A stretch of 64,000 nucleotides of DNA, taken from assembly GCA_035193785.1 (NCBI GenBank), contig CP136572.1:2644578-2708577 (forward strand), written 5' to 3'. The translations under genes and the position numbers were made by a program. This document shows, piece after piece, positions 32,110-43,267 of the stretch; the first letter of the stretch is position 1; each line of letters begins with the position of its first letter. The notes under the pieces are model-generated. The model had not been told where the DNA came from. It made no database searches and worked only from the letters and a program-made list of their open reading frames with translations. The stretch comes from Planktothrix sp. GU0601_MAG3 (GTDB lineage Bacteria > Cyanobacteriota > Cyanobacteriia > Cyanobacteriales > Microcoleaceae).

Positions 32110-32210
32110 AGGACTTACGCGCAAGACCAAAGAAACCGGGTTTCTGGCCCTGATTTTGCGGATGAAATCGGTAATTTCTCGTTCAGAAACCCGGTTTCTG
32201 CGTAAGTCCT
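32110..32210. mobile_element. MITE-like element with AGGACTTACGC terminal inverted repeats
   Basis: perfect 11-bp TIRs; internal AGAAACCGGGTTTCT / AGAAACCCGGTTTCT pair. Confidence 0.7.
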
Positions 32211-32229
32211 AATTAAACTATCTCAGGTT

Positions 32230-35200
32230 TTAAAGTTTAATCCCTAGGACTTGGGTGTAAGCGCCTCGGGCTTGGGTCACTCCAATAGTGCGTTGGGAGG
32301 CTTCCATCATCGGGCGACGCAAACTAACAACAATAAATTGGGCTTGTTCGGTTTGACTTTTAATCATTCTAGCCAATCTTTCCACGTTGGAAACCATCTA
32401 AAAACATATCGACTTCATCGAAGGCATAAAAGGGTGAGGGACGATATTTTTGTAGGGCGAAAATAAAGCTTAAAGCGGTTAGGGATTTTTCCCCCCCAGA
32501 CATGGATGTTAACCGTTGGACGGGTTTACCTTTGGGGTGGGCAATTAGGTTTAAACCACTGGTAAAGGGGTCTTCTGGGTTATCAATTTCTAAATAGCCA
32601 TCGCCTTCGGAAAGTTGAGCAAAAATGGTTTGAAAGTTTTCATTCACGGCATCAAAGGCTTCTTGAAAAGCGCGACGGCGGAGGGTAGTAAAGTTCTCAA
32701 TTCTGAGTAATAATTCGGTTCTTTCTCCTTCTAAGGTTGTGAGTTTTTGGGTTAATTCTTCTAAGCGGGTTTGGGTGCGTTCAAATTCTTCTAGGGCTAA
32801 CATATTCACGGGTTCTAAGGCTTCCATGCGTTTTTGGAGCGATCGCAAATCCCGTTGTAGAGCCGCTAAATCTAAGTTATTAGGAATATTAGGTAGGGGT
32901 TCGGGTAGTTCAATTTTAATTGCGGCAATTTGTTCTAATTTAATGGTTAATTGCTCCCGTCTTCCGGCTTGAGTTTCTTGCAATTTTTCGATTTGCCAGT
33001 CTAATTGTTGTTTGGCTAAACGCAATTCTCCTAACTGGGTTTCTACCTGATCCCGTTGTCTTTTTTCTTCTCCTAATTTGGCTTCTACTTGAGCAACATT
33101 AACCCGAATTTGTTGAATGGTTGTGTGAATTGCTGTTAATTGATTCTTGACGGTTTCTAACTTTTGGGTTAAAAAAGTTTGTTCCTGACGAGTGGCTTCT
33201 AATTTCTGATTTCCCGCTTGATTTTTCTCTTGTAAACGGGTTTGTTGATTTTCGATTTCCGTTAACCGTTGTTGCACGGTTCTGAGGGCATTCTCTTTTT
33301 GTTGGAGCTCGGTTTCTTGGGTTCTTAATACCCCTTGGAGTTGTTGCCATTCACTATGGCTATGGGTGGCTTCTAATTGGGCTAAGAGTTCCCGATCCTG
33401 TTGTAATTTTGTTTCTAAATTCGGAATTTCTGCCTCTAAATTCTTTAAGCGAATTTGGGCGGTATTGAATTCTTGGGTATTTTTTTCTAATTGCGATCGC
33501 AGTTGTTCTTGTTGATTATTTAAAGTTCTAATTTCCGACTCTAACAGAGAAACTTGTTGTTGATGATCACGCAAAGTTTGTCTAACTTCATTCAGTTCTA
33601 GCGATCGCTCTTTCACCGTTTGACTCGCCTCTAAAATACTGCGGTTACAGCGTTCTAAAATCCGTTCGATTTCCTCTAATCTTTCTTTCAATGCTGCAAT
33701 ATTTCTGGCTTCTGCTGACCCTTGATCCGTGCCAAAATGCAGGCTAGACCGAGAAGCCACACTTCCCCCCGTCATCGCTCCGGTGGTTTCTAATAATTCC
33801 CCTTCTAAGGTAACTATCCGATATTGCCCTAATACTTTTCGAGCATTAGAGAGATTATTGAAAACTAAAGTATTGCCAAAAACATAAGCAAAAATATCTT
33901 GATAACGGGGTTCATATTCAATTAAATTCACTGCTAAATCAATTAACCCCGACACATTTCTCATCGTGGCTAAATTGGGTAAATTAGAACGATTTCCCTT
34001 AATTTTATTTAAGGGCAAAAATGTCGCCCGTCCCGCTTGTTGACGCTTCAAAAATTCAATTGCCGCGGCCGCCACACTATCATTTTCCACCACAATATTA
34101 CCCAACCTAGCCCCGGCGGAGGTTTCCAGCGCTAACTGATATTGGGGTTCCACCTGTCCCAACTGACAAACTAACCCACAAATGCCCGAAATACCCGACT
34201 GAGCGATGATTTTAGTCGCATAACTGCCCGTTGCTTCCTGTTGCGCCTGATGTTGGGCTTCGGACTTATCCAGTTTGCGCTGACGTTCCCGTTGTTCCTG
34301 TAATAGACGGGTTTGGGTTTCCTGTTGCACCTGTAACTCCGTTTCCACCTCCGTCACCTGCTGGGTCAAGTTGGCAACCCGTTGAGCCGTCCCGTCCCGT
34401 TGAGTGGTAGCGGTTTCCCAGGCTATGGTTTTTTCCGATAACTCCTGACTCAAGGTATTAATAGACTGTTGCTGTTCTGAAAGTTGGCGTTGCAGTTGTT
34501 CAACTCGCTCCCGTAGTCGGGCTTGTTCAGTCCGATGGGGGTCAAGGGTTTTTTGTAGGGTTTCAATTTGGCGGTGCAGTTCCGTTTGTTGCACCATCCA
34601 GCTTTCCGCCTGTTGTGCGACTTCTGAGGTCGCCTCCCGACTCCTTTCTACCGTTGTTTGTAGGGTATCCCGTTTCCCGTTGCCGTTGGCCGAAATTCAG
34701 GGTTTCCTGATCCTTTTCAATGGCCAGACCATCGAGGGTTTGATAATGTTGGCGCAGTTCCTGTTCGGTTTGGTGAATTTGGGTGATCGTCTGTTGGATA
34801 GCGGTTTCCAGTTCCGCAGACCGGGTTTGCAGTTGACTTTGTTGGGCTTCTTGGGTGGCTAAACTAGACTGGAGGGCAATTAGTTCTTCTTCCCCCATGG
34901 CTTTAACTAGGGCGTTGAGTTGCTCTAGTTGAACAGATGTGGTTTGAATTTGTTGATCTTGGTGTTGGCGCTGTTCGTTGAGATCCGTTAAGGTGCGATC
35001 GTCGGCTTCTATTTGTTCCCGCAGTCGTCCCTGTTGTTGTTGCAGGGTTTGATAATTGAGAACGGTTTCCCACTGGCTTTTTTGTTGAAATTCTTCCCGC
35101 AGTTGTTGATATTTTTCCGCCTTCGCCCGATCTTTGTCTAAGCGATCGCGTTGGGCAATTAATTCTTGTTCTACAATGCGGCTACGTTCCTCTCGATCCT

Positions 35201-35873
35201 TGACCGCATCTAATTTTTCCTTGGCTAAGGTAATTTTCCGATCAAAGGAAGCTACCCCCGCCAACTCATCAATAATTTCTCGACGTTCCCGGGGCTTCAT
35301 CGTAATAATACCCGTAACATCCCCCTGTAAAACCACGTTATAGCCTTCGGGGTAAATTCGTAGTTTATTTAATTGTTCGTGGAGTTCGGTTTGGGTACAG
35401 GCTTCCCCATTAATATAATAAGTTGAGGTATAGGTTCCCTGTTTAGTTACCCGCAGTTTTCGGGCTACCGTCCATTCTGAGGGGGGTTCATAATTGGGGA
35501 TCGATAGGTTATCCCCCGGTAGAGACGTGCCATGGCGCGTCTGTTCGGTTTCTGCGGATACATTATTATCAATTTCTTCCCTATCACTCCCCAAGGGTTC
35601 ACCGTCGTAGTCGCAGAGGTCAAAGGTAACGGTAACAAGGGTTTCAACGGTTCCCTTGCGGCTTTGGGCATTATTAACTAGATCGGGTAAACGTTCCGCC
35701 CGCATTCCCTTGGAGGACGATAACCCCAGGGCAAATAATAACGCATCGAGAATATTCGATTTGCCGGAACCATTTGGGCCGGAAACGACTGTAAACCCAG
35801 GGAGTAATGGCACAGCCGTTGTACCACCAAAGGATTTAAAGTTAGTGAGTTCGACACGCTTGATATGAACCAT
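32230..35873 (-). CDS. smc: chromosome segregation protein SMC (+1 artefacts at 34672-34676 and 32390-32394)
   Basis: [14 protein letters not shown], hinge GRATFLPL and GAMTGG, MSGGEK, FDEVD; repaired end DGSNVER...QVLGIKL*. Confidence 0.95.
35519..35543. repeat. GTAG dispersed repeat inside the smc coding sequence
   Basis: GTAGAGACGTGCCATGGCGCGTCTG, identical to 61125-61149 reverse complement. Confidence 0.9.
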
Positions 35874-36606
35874 TGGGACGAATTTAGGACGGATAATGTG
35901 AGTGGGGAGACTCACACTGTAATAGTTGTCTCAAGAATCAACAATATTAACAGTTTTGCCTGGATCAAGCAAGGATAGGGGGATAGTTCAACTACACTCA
36001 TTATTCGATCACCAGTCAAAGGTGGGGATCAGACTATCTGATAAATGGGTAATATTAGGGAATTAAGTCAACATTCAAGTATTCAAAATTGGTGATTTAT
36101 TTAGGTAAAAATACTTATTCCCATTCTGGGAAAATCAAAACTGTTACGGTTAAGCAAAATCAATCCCGAGCCTAGACTATGATCTCCTAGAAGCCGTTTT
36201 ATTCAGTGATTTCAGGTTCTAGCAGGGTGAGTATTTTGACGAAAATGAGTATTTTTACTTAAATAAAATCCAGGGATTCTGAAGGTAATCTTAATAAAGT
36301 ATACACTTCTTAATAAATTTTAACGCAATAAATAGCAACAGCGTTGTATAACTAATATCTGAAGGGCAAAGACAACAACCAAATGTTAGTCTCCCAACAA
36401 TTGATTAACATTTGATTAAAAAAGTTTAATGTCCTTTCATAAAGTGGTGTAGGATTTCCCAGGTTCCTCTAAGTGAGGCGGAGGTAGCTGCAAAAGCAGT
36501 AATACTCAACCGACAAGAGAGACTCTCAAGAGTCAGGATCAGGAAAACCGATCATTTCACTCTGAACCAAAAATAAAGTTAAGCAAGTCAAGTAGGAGAT
36601 TAATCC

Positions 36607-37125
36607 ATGTTTGATGCCTTTACCAAGGTGGTTTCTCAAGCTGATACCCGTGGCGAAATGTTAAGCACTAGCCAAATCGATGCTCTGAGCCAAATGGTTG
36701 CTGAAAGCAACAAGCGTTTAGATTCCGTTAACCGGATCACCGGTAACGCTTCCAGTATCGTCGCTAACGCCGCTCGTGCCTTGTTTGATGAGCAAGCCCA
36801 GTTGATTGCTCCTGGTGGTAATGCTTACACCAACCGTCGTATGGCTGCTTGCTTGCGCGACATGGAAATTATTTTACGTTACGTCACCTACGCAATTTTT
36901 GCCGGAGATGCTAGCGTTCTTGATGATCGTTGCTTGAACGGTCTGCGCGAAACCTACCTGGCTCTGGGCGTTCCCGGTGCTTCCGTCGCCGTTGGCGTTG
37001 GCAAAATGAAAGAAGCCTCTTTGGCTATCGTTAACAATCCAGCAGGAGTCACTCCTGGAGATTGTAATGCCCTGGCTTCCGAAATCGCCAGCTACTTTGA
37101 CCGCGCCGCCGCTGCTGTCGCCTAA
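36607..37125 (+). CDS. cpcB: phycocyanin beta subunit
   Basis: [30 protein letters not shown]. Confidence 0.98.
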   Translation: MFDAFTKVVSQADTRGEMLSTSQIDALSQMVAESNKRLDSVNRITGNASSIVANAARALFDEQAQLIAPGGNAYTNRRMAACLRDMEIILRYVTYAIFAGDASVLDDRCLNGLRETYLALGVPGASVAVGVGKMKEASLAIVNNPAGVTPGDCNALASEIASYFDRAAAAVA

Positions 37126-37224
37126 TTTTTGACAAGTTAGATTTTCATAACTCCATAGAAGTCAAAATTAAACGACTTCAATCTGTACCTGAATTTTGTA
37201 AACCCATAGGGAGATAACTCAAGC

Positions 37225-37713
37225 ATGAAAACCCCCCTGACTGAAGCAGTAACAACCGCCGATTCTCAAGGTCGTTTCCTGAGCAGCACCGAACTGCAAG
37301 TGGCCTTCGGACGTTTCCGTCAAGCCAAAGCCGGTTTAGAAGCCGCCAAAGCTCTAACCGCCAAATCTGGTGAATTGATCGCCGGCGCTGCCCAAGCAGT
37401 GTATAACAAGTTCCCCTACACCACCCAAATGCAAGGGCCTAACTACGCTTCTACCGAGCGTGGTAAAGCCAAATGCGCTCGTGACATCGGTTACTACCTC
37501 CGTATGGTCACCTACTGCTTAATTGCTGGTGGTACAGGCCCTATGGACGAGTATCTGATTGCTGGTGTTGATGAAATCAACCGGACTTTTGAACTGTCTC
37601 CTAGCTGGTATGTGGAAGCTCTGAAATATATCAAAGCCAACCACGGTCTGAGTGGCGACGCAGCAGTTGAAGCTAACTCCTACATCGACTATGCTATCAA
37701 CGCTCTGAGCTAG
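37225..37713 (+). CDS. cpcA: phycocyanin alpha subunit
   Basis: [18 protein letters not shown]. Confidence 0.98.
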   Translation: MKTPLTEAVTTADSQGRFLSSTELQVAFGRFRQAKAGLEAAKALTAKSGELIAGAAQAVYNKFPYTTQMQGPNYASTERGKAKCARDIGYYLRMVTYCLIAGGTGPMDEYLIAGVDEINRTFELSPSWYVEALKYIKANHGLSGDAAVEANSYIDYAINALS

Positions 37714-37726
37714 ACTTAGCGCGCTT

Positions 37727-37792
37727 GATGCTCCTAAGCGGTAAATAGCTGTTAGCAACTGGGTTAACGGTTGTTTAACGCTTAGGAGCATC
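37727..37792 (+). terminator. long stem-loop after cpcA (transcript end/stabiliser)
   Basis: GATGCTCCTAAGCG...CGCTTAGGAGCATC 14-bp stem. Confidence 0.8.
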
Positions 37793-37875
37793 TTTAGTTA
37801 TTACCGTCGGTGTCCGAAATTAACAAAGTTTTTCTTTTTTGTCTGTTTTGAAAATCTCTTACGGAGCAGAAGGAT

Positions 37876-38692
37876 ATGGTTGGCTTGCTTGAAGGTAGCC
37901 GACTTGGTATCCGGGCCTTTGAAGAAATAAAACCCGTAGAACTGCGCCCCAACTACACAGAAGCGGATTTGCAAACCGTGGTTGTGGCTGCATATCGTCA
38001 GGTGATGGGCAACGAGCACCTGATGTCGCGGGAAACGGCTCACCAGCGCGGAATCTTTGCTGCGCCAAGGACAAATTACCGTTCGGGATTTTGTCAGAGC
38101 CATTGCTTTATCCGAGGTTTACCGGACTAAGTTTTTTTACTCTAATTCTCAAACTCGGTTTATTGAGTTAAATTACAAACATCTGCTCGGTCGCGCCCCT
38201 TACGATGAATCAGAGATGGCGTTTCACGTCGATCTCTATAACCGTCAGGGCTATGAGGCAGAAATTAACTCTTACCTGGACTCTCAAGAATATCTGGATA
38301 ATTTCGGGGAAAGTATTGTCCCCTATTATCGGGGATTTTCTACCCAAGATGGACAGAAAACCGTGGGTTTCAACCGCTTGTTTACCCTCTATCGCGGGTA
38401 TGCCAGCAGCGATCGCGCTCAAAACCAAAAGCAAAGTCGCTTAACTTGGGAATTAGGCCGGAATTTGGCCTCTCCGATTCAAACTCCGGAGAATGGTCAA
38501 AGTCTAGCAGGTACGACGGGCGGGAGTCGTGGACAACTCTACCGCCTGACTGTGCTCCAAAAAGCAACGCAGTCTTTGCCTCAAGTGCGCCGTACCCAAA
38601 CTGAATATACCGTACCCTATGACCAACTGTCTACTCAGTTGCAGCGAATTCATCGCGCCGGGGGACGGGTAATGAGAATTACCGTGGCGTAA
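37876..38692 (+). CDS. cpcC: phycocyanin rod linker (CpcC/CpcH type; +1 artefact at 38032-38036)
   Basis: [20 protein letters not shown]-terminal CpcD-like domain; repaired SRERLTSAES. Confidence 0.9.
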
Positions 38693-38875
38693 TCTGATTA
38701 ATTTCAAAATTATCGCCAGTTTGTGTCGCCGGATTTAGGGTTCGGGCTGACTGTTAAAAAGAAACGCTTGAACTCTATTCCTGGTGATCAACAAACATTC
38801 AACAGCGAATCAATGCACGCCACAATTGCAACTTGATTCTCGGTCATGTTCTTAAATGTAAAAGGAGGATTTTAG

Positions 38876-39746
38876 GTGGCTATTACAACAGCAGCATCTA
38901 GGCTAGGAACTACTGCGTTTCAAGAAACGCCTCGTGTTGAACTACGACCAGATTGGACTCGGGACGATGCCCAACGGGTGATTCGTGCCGTTTATCGCCA
39001 ACTCTTGGGTAATGATTATTTAATGAGTTCTGAGCGCCTGAAAAGTGCTGAGTCTCTGTTGACCGATGGTAGCATCAGCGTGCGGGAGTTTGTCCGTTCC
39101 GTCGCTAAGTCAGAACTGTACAAAACCAAGTTTTTCTACCCGCATTTCCAAACCCGTGTAATTGAACTCAATTACAAACATTTATTGGGTCGCGCTCCTT
39201 ATGCTGAATCCGAAGTGGTTTTCCACCTGGATTTATACCAAAACCAGGGCTATGACGCTGATATTGATTCTTATATTGATTCAGTCGAATACCTGGAAAA
39301 CTTTGGGGAAAATGTGGTTCCCTACTATCGCGCCTTTGAAGTTCAACGGGGACAAAGAAACCGTCGGTTTTACTCGGATTTTCCAGTTGTATCGCGGTTA
39401 TGCCAATAGCGATCGCTCTCAATTGGGGGGTAATAGCTCTCGCCTAGCCAAAGAACTGGGTGAAAACAGCACTTCTCCCATTGTTGGCCCCTCCGGTGGT
39501 AGCGGGGGTTGGTCTTATCGTTCCTCCGGCCAAGGAGTGGTTCCCACTACGGGATTCAGTACAGGTGGAGTGTTAGGACAATCTGATCGTAGCTATCGGG
39601 TGGAAGTGGCTGGAATCGTTCAGCGTCGATATCCTAAAGTGCGTCGCAGCAGTAAGTCCTTTATTGTTCCTTACGAACGCTTATCTTCTCTACTTCAGGA
39701 AATTCAACGCCAAGGTGGTAAAATCGCCAGTATTACGCCTGTTTAG
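38876..39746 (+). CDS. cpcC: phycocyanin rod linker CpcC (+1 artefact at 39357-39361)
   Basis: [10 protein letters not shown] start; repaired [21 protein letters not shown]. Confidence 0.92.
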
Positions 39747-39827
39747 GACGTTTTTTTAAACAGGGGGCGCTGATCGGCAATCCCTGTTTATTGTTTTTGT
39801 AAAACTTTATTAGATTTATTCAGAACA

Positions 39828-40073
39828 ATGTTAGGTCAAGTTGCAGTTGGACAATCCTCCGCGTCTCCATCGGGAAGTCGCTTTTTCCGTTATGAAGTCG
39901 TGGGTTTACGTCAATCAGATGAAACCGATAAAACCGACTATTCTATCCGTTCTAGTGGCAGCAAGTTTATCACGGTTCCCTACAACCGCATGAACCAAGA
40001 AATGCGGCGTTTAACACGGATGGGTGCAAAAATTGTGAGCATTCAACCTTTAACATCTGGTGCGGAAGAATAA
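39828..40073 (+). CDS. cpcD: rod-capping linker
   Basis: RFFRYEVVGL, ITVPYNRMNQEM. Confidence 0.95.
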   Translation: MLGQVAVGQSSASPSGSRFFRYEVVGLRQSDETDKTDYSIRSSGSKFITVPYNRMNQEMRRLTRMGAKIVSIQPLTSGAEE

Positions 40074-40280
40074 TGGGATTGAGCGAGATTCAAGACTGAA
40101 TTTAACGATTCAATCGACCTTAGTTCAATTTCAACATTAATCATTGAGGTTAGGTGTTTCAAGCTCGAAATATCTGACCCTTTTTTTATACTTTGATGGG
40201 TTGAACTTGAATCTCAATTTTCCCTGGATTACTGACTCCTGCTATGATCAATAGGGTTTAAAAAAATAGACTTTAATATA

Positions 40281-41118
40281 ATGGCGGACTTGGGATCGGA
40301 ATCAACAGGAAACCATAGCACTCAAGAGGAAGAATCTTTAACCATTGAACAGGCGATCGCTAATCTTCGCCATGAAGAATTAGGACGTCGCTACTATGCG
40401 GCTTGGTGGTTAGGACGTTTTCGAGTGAATGAAACCGGCGGCGGTGGATGCCTTGATTTTAGCTTTAAATGATGAATCCGATCGCACCGAAGAAGGCGGT
40501 TATCCCCTACGCAGAAATGCGGCTAGAGCTTTAGGAAAACTGGGAGATAAGCGGGCAGTTTCGGCATTAATTGAATGTTTAGACTGTGCTGATGTTTATG
40601 TGCGAGAAGCCGCCGCCCAATCCTTGGAACAATTAGGGGATGAGCGTTGTATTCCCGCTTTGATAAAATTATTAGCGGGGGGATTAGAAGCCGCTCAATT
40701 TGTGCCGGGAAAACCCTATTTAGTTCAACCCTATGATGCTATTTTAGAAGCATTAGGCAGTTTAAAAGCTACCATGGCGATTCCGTTTGTTCAACCGTTT
40801 GTAAAGCATTTTGTGCCTAAAGTTCAGTATGCGGCATTCAGGGCAATGTATCAATTAACCGGAGAAAATAGCTATGGAGAACAGTTAATTGAGGCGTTAA
40901 AGGGCAATGATTTAACCTTACGCCGCACAGCTTTAATGGATTTAGGCGCAATTGGATATTTACCCGGGGCAAAAGCGATCGCCCAAACCTTTGCAGAAAA
41001 TAGTTTAAAATTAATTGCTTTAAAAGGAGTTTTAGAATATCAATTAACCGATACTTCCGATTTTGGGTTGTCTGAATCGGCCATTGAAGTTATGGAGTTA
41101 ATGGATTCTTTATTATAA
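40281..41118 (+). CDS. cpcE: phycocyanobilin lyase subunit E (+1 artefact at 40431-40435)
   Basis: RYYAAWWLG, GGYPLRRNAARALG, ENSLKLIALKG. Confidence 0.92.
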
Positions 41119-41142
41119 AAAATATTAGCTAATCTCAAAAAT

Positions 41143-41769
41143 ATGACTGTACAAATATTGATTCAAGCTGTGGAAAAAGCTGATTCTGCTCCCTCTTTAT
41201 TTAAGGCAGTTTTAGCTTTGTCTCAGGCGAATTCCGTTGAAGCAATTCCCACATTAATTGCCGTTTTAGGCTATAATAATCCTGGGGCTGCGGTGGCTGC
41301 GGTGGATGGATTAACTCAGTTGGGTGAACCTGCGGTTATCCCCTTATTAGAACAATTAGATGGTTATAATTATGGGGCTAGGGCTTGGGCTGTTCGGGCT
41401 TTATCAGGTATTGGTGATCCTCGTGGTTTAGAGGTTTTATTGGAGTCCGCCGGAAGTGATTTTGCTTTGAGTGTTCGTCGGGCTGCCACCAGAGGATTAG
41501 GGAATATTCGCTGGGATAAATTACCTTCTGAACAACTTGCTGATGCTCAATTTGAGACTTTTAAAACATTACAAAAAACCGTAGAAGATCCCGAATGGAT
41601 TGTTAGATACGCGGGGGTTTTTGGTTTACAGGGTTTAGCAATAGCAATTGATAAAACTCAACCGGAATGGTTTAATAAAATTCAAGAACATTTACAACAA
41701 CTGGCAAATATTGATGAAGTTCTGGCAGTTCGAGCTAGGGCAAAATGGGCAATTCAAAAGTTAGGATAA
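41143..41769 (+). CDS. cpcF: phycocyanobilin lyase subunit F
   Basis: LGYNNPGAAVAAVDG, DGYNYGARAW, DFALSVRRAA. Confidence 0.93.
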   Translation: MTVQILIQAVEKADSAPSLFKAVLALSQANSVEAIPTLIAVLGYNNPGAAVAAVDGLTQLGEPAVIPLLEQLDGYNYGARAWAVRALSGIGDPRGLEVLLESAGSDFALSVRRAATRGLGNIRWDKLPSEQLADAQFETFKTLQKTVEDPEWIVRYAGVFGLQGLAIAIDKTQPEWFNKIQEHLQQLANIDEVLAVRARAKWAIQKLG

Positions 41770-41788
41770 GATCAAGATTTTAAATATT

Positions 41789-41868
41789 AGACCTCTGGCA
41801 AAAGTTATTCAAATTATTATTAGAATAAACAGAATAATTTAGGTTTTATTTGGTTTTGTCAGAGGTCT
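41789..41868. mobile_element. 80-bp MITE-like element / hairpin
   Basis: AGACCTCTGGCAAAA...TTTTGTCAGAGGTCT inverted ends (14/15). Confidence 0.55.
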
Positions 41869-41890
41869 GAATATCGGGAAATAACAATAG

Positions 41891-42866
41891 TTAACCCAGT
41901 GTAAAATCGGAAGGATTAATGTTTGTAGATACCACTCCTTTGAAGATAGCTAAAACTTGTCCCGTATTCCCAATATTAACGATGGTATCATTAGCATAAA
42001 CGCCAGTACCTTGAACAATATTCAGATTAGAAATATCCTCAATACCTTTGAGCAAAATACGATCCGTTCCCGGTTCAAAATCCATAATAACATCTGCAAA
42101 ATCAGCGTTAGGATAACTAAATTTACCTGTCAAAACAAAGGTATCAACACCAGCACCACCAGTGAGAATATCTTTCCCACCACCACCATCTAATAAATCA
42201 TTACCATCATCGCCAGTCAAGGAATCAAGTCCTCGTCCTCCTAACAGGATATCGTCCCCAGAATTACCCACAAGGACATCATTTCCTCGATAACCTGTTA
42301 AATAATCATTTCCGGTAGTTCCCGTCAAAATATCATCTTGATTTGGAGGAAATGGTTGATTATTACCTTGTTCGTTAGTTCCTTGATTTGGAGGCAATAA
42401 TTGATTATTACCTTGTTCGTTAGTTCCCCGATTTGGAGGGAATGGTGGGTTATTACCTTGTCCGTTATTTCCTTGATTTGGAGGTAATAGTTGATTATTA
42501 CCTTGTTCGTTAGTTCCTTGATTCGGAGGAAATGGTTGATTATTACCTTGTTCTTTAGTTTCCTTGATTTGGAGGGAATGGTGGATTATTACCTTGTTCG
42601 TTATTCCCTTGATTCGGAGGAAATGGTTGATTATTACCTTGTTCGTTATTCCCTTGATTTGGAGGGAATGGTGGATTATTACCTTGTTCGTTAGTTCCCC
42701 GATTTGGAGGGAATGGTGGATTATTACCTTGTTCTTTAGTTCCTTGATTTGGAGGCAATGGTGGGTTATTACCTTGTCCGTTATTTCCTTGATTATTGGG
42801 AATATTTCCCTGAATTGGGGCGTTTTGGGGATTTTTAAGAAGTGTTGATTCAGTGTTAATAGCCAT
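41891..42866 (-). CDS. RTX/hemolysin-type Ca-binding protein with N-terminal 15-aa repeats (+1 artefact at 42558-42562)
   Basis: GxxGxDxLx nonapeptides, DVIMDFEPGTD; ten PPNQGxNEQGNNxPF units. Confidence 0.85.
42340..42795 (-). repeat. coding 45-bp tandem repeat, about 10 units
   Basis: TATTACCTTG recurs every 45 bp from 42361 to 42767 (one 46-bp step at the artefact). Confidence 0.9.
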
Positions 42867-43267
42867 AGTAAAATCTCTCTTAATTAAGTTTTTGAGTTAA
42901 GTTGGTTGCCAGTTACTTTTTTGATTTGAACTACTCCAACAACACCCGGAAATCTAGGGATTGCTACTTTAAAATTTTTGGTTAGCTCTAACTAACAACT
43001 TAGCTTATTTACTATTAACGGGCATGAAAATTACAATAATAATGCTGTTTAGATTACAGTTTTGTAATTTTTGGGCTTGTGGACATTTACTCGCCAAATA
43101 CAACCACTTTCGACCTCAAGAGTTAAACCAATAATTTAGATATTTTTTCCCCAACCCGATGCCAATTAGTCCTTCTTCCTATTATAGATCATTAATATAT
43201 TTTTATTGAAAGAATGGGGATTTTATGAGAATATAGAAAAACGGGAATTAATTTGGGAATGATCGGC

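Noticed and set aside
42340..42795. CRISPR-like periodic array
   Set aside because: Period is 45 bp with no unique spacers, it is in frame within an RTX gene, and no cas genes are present.
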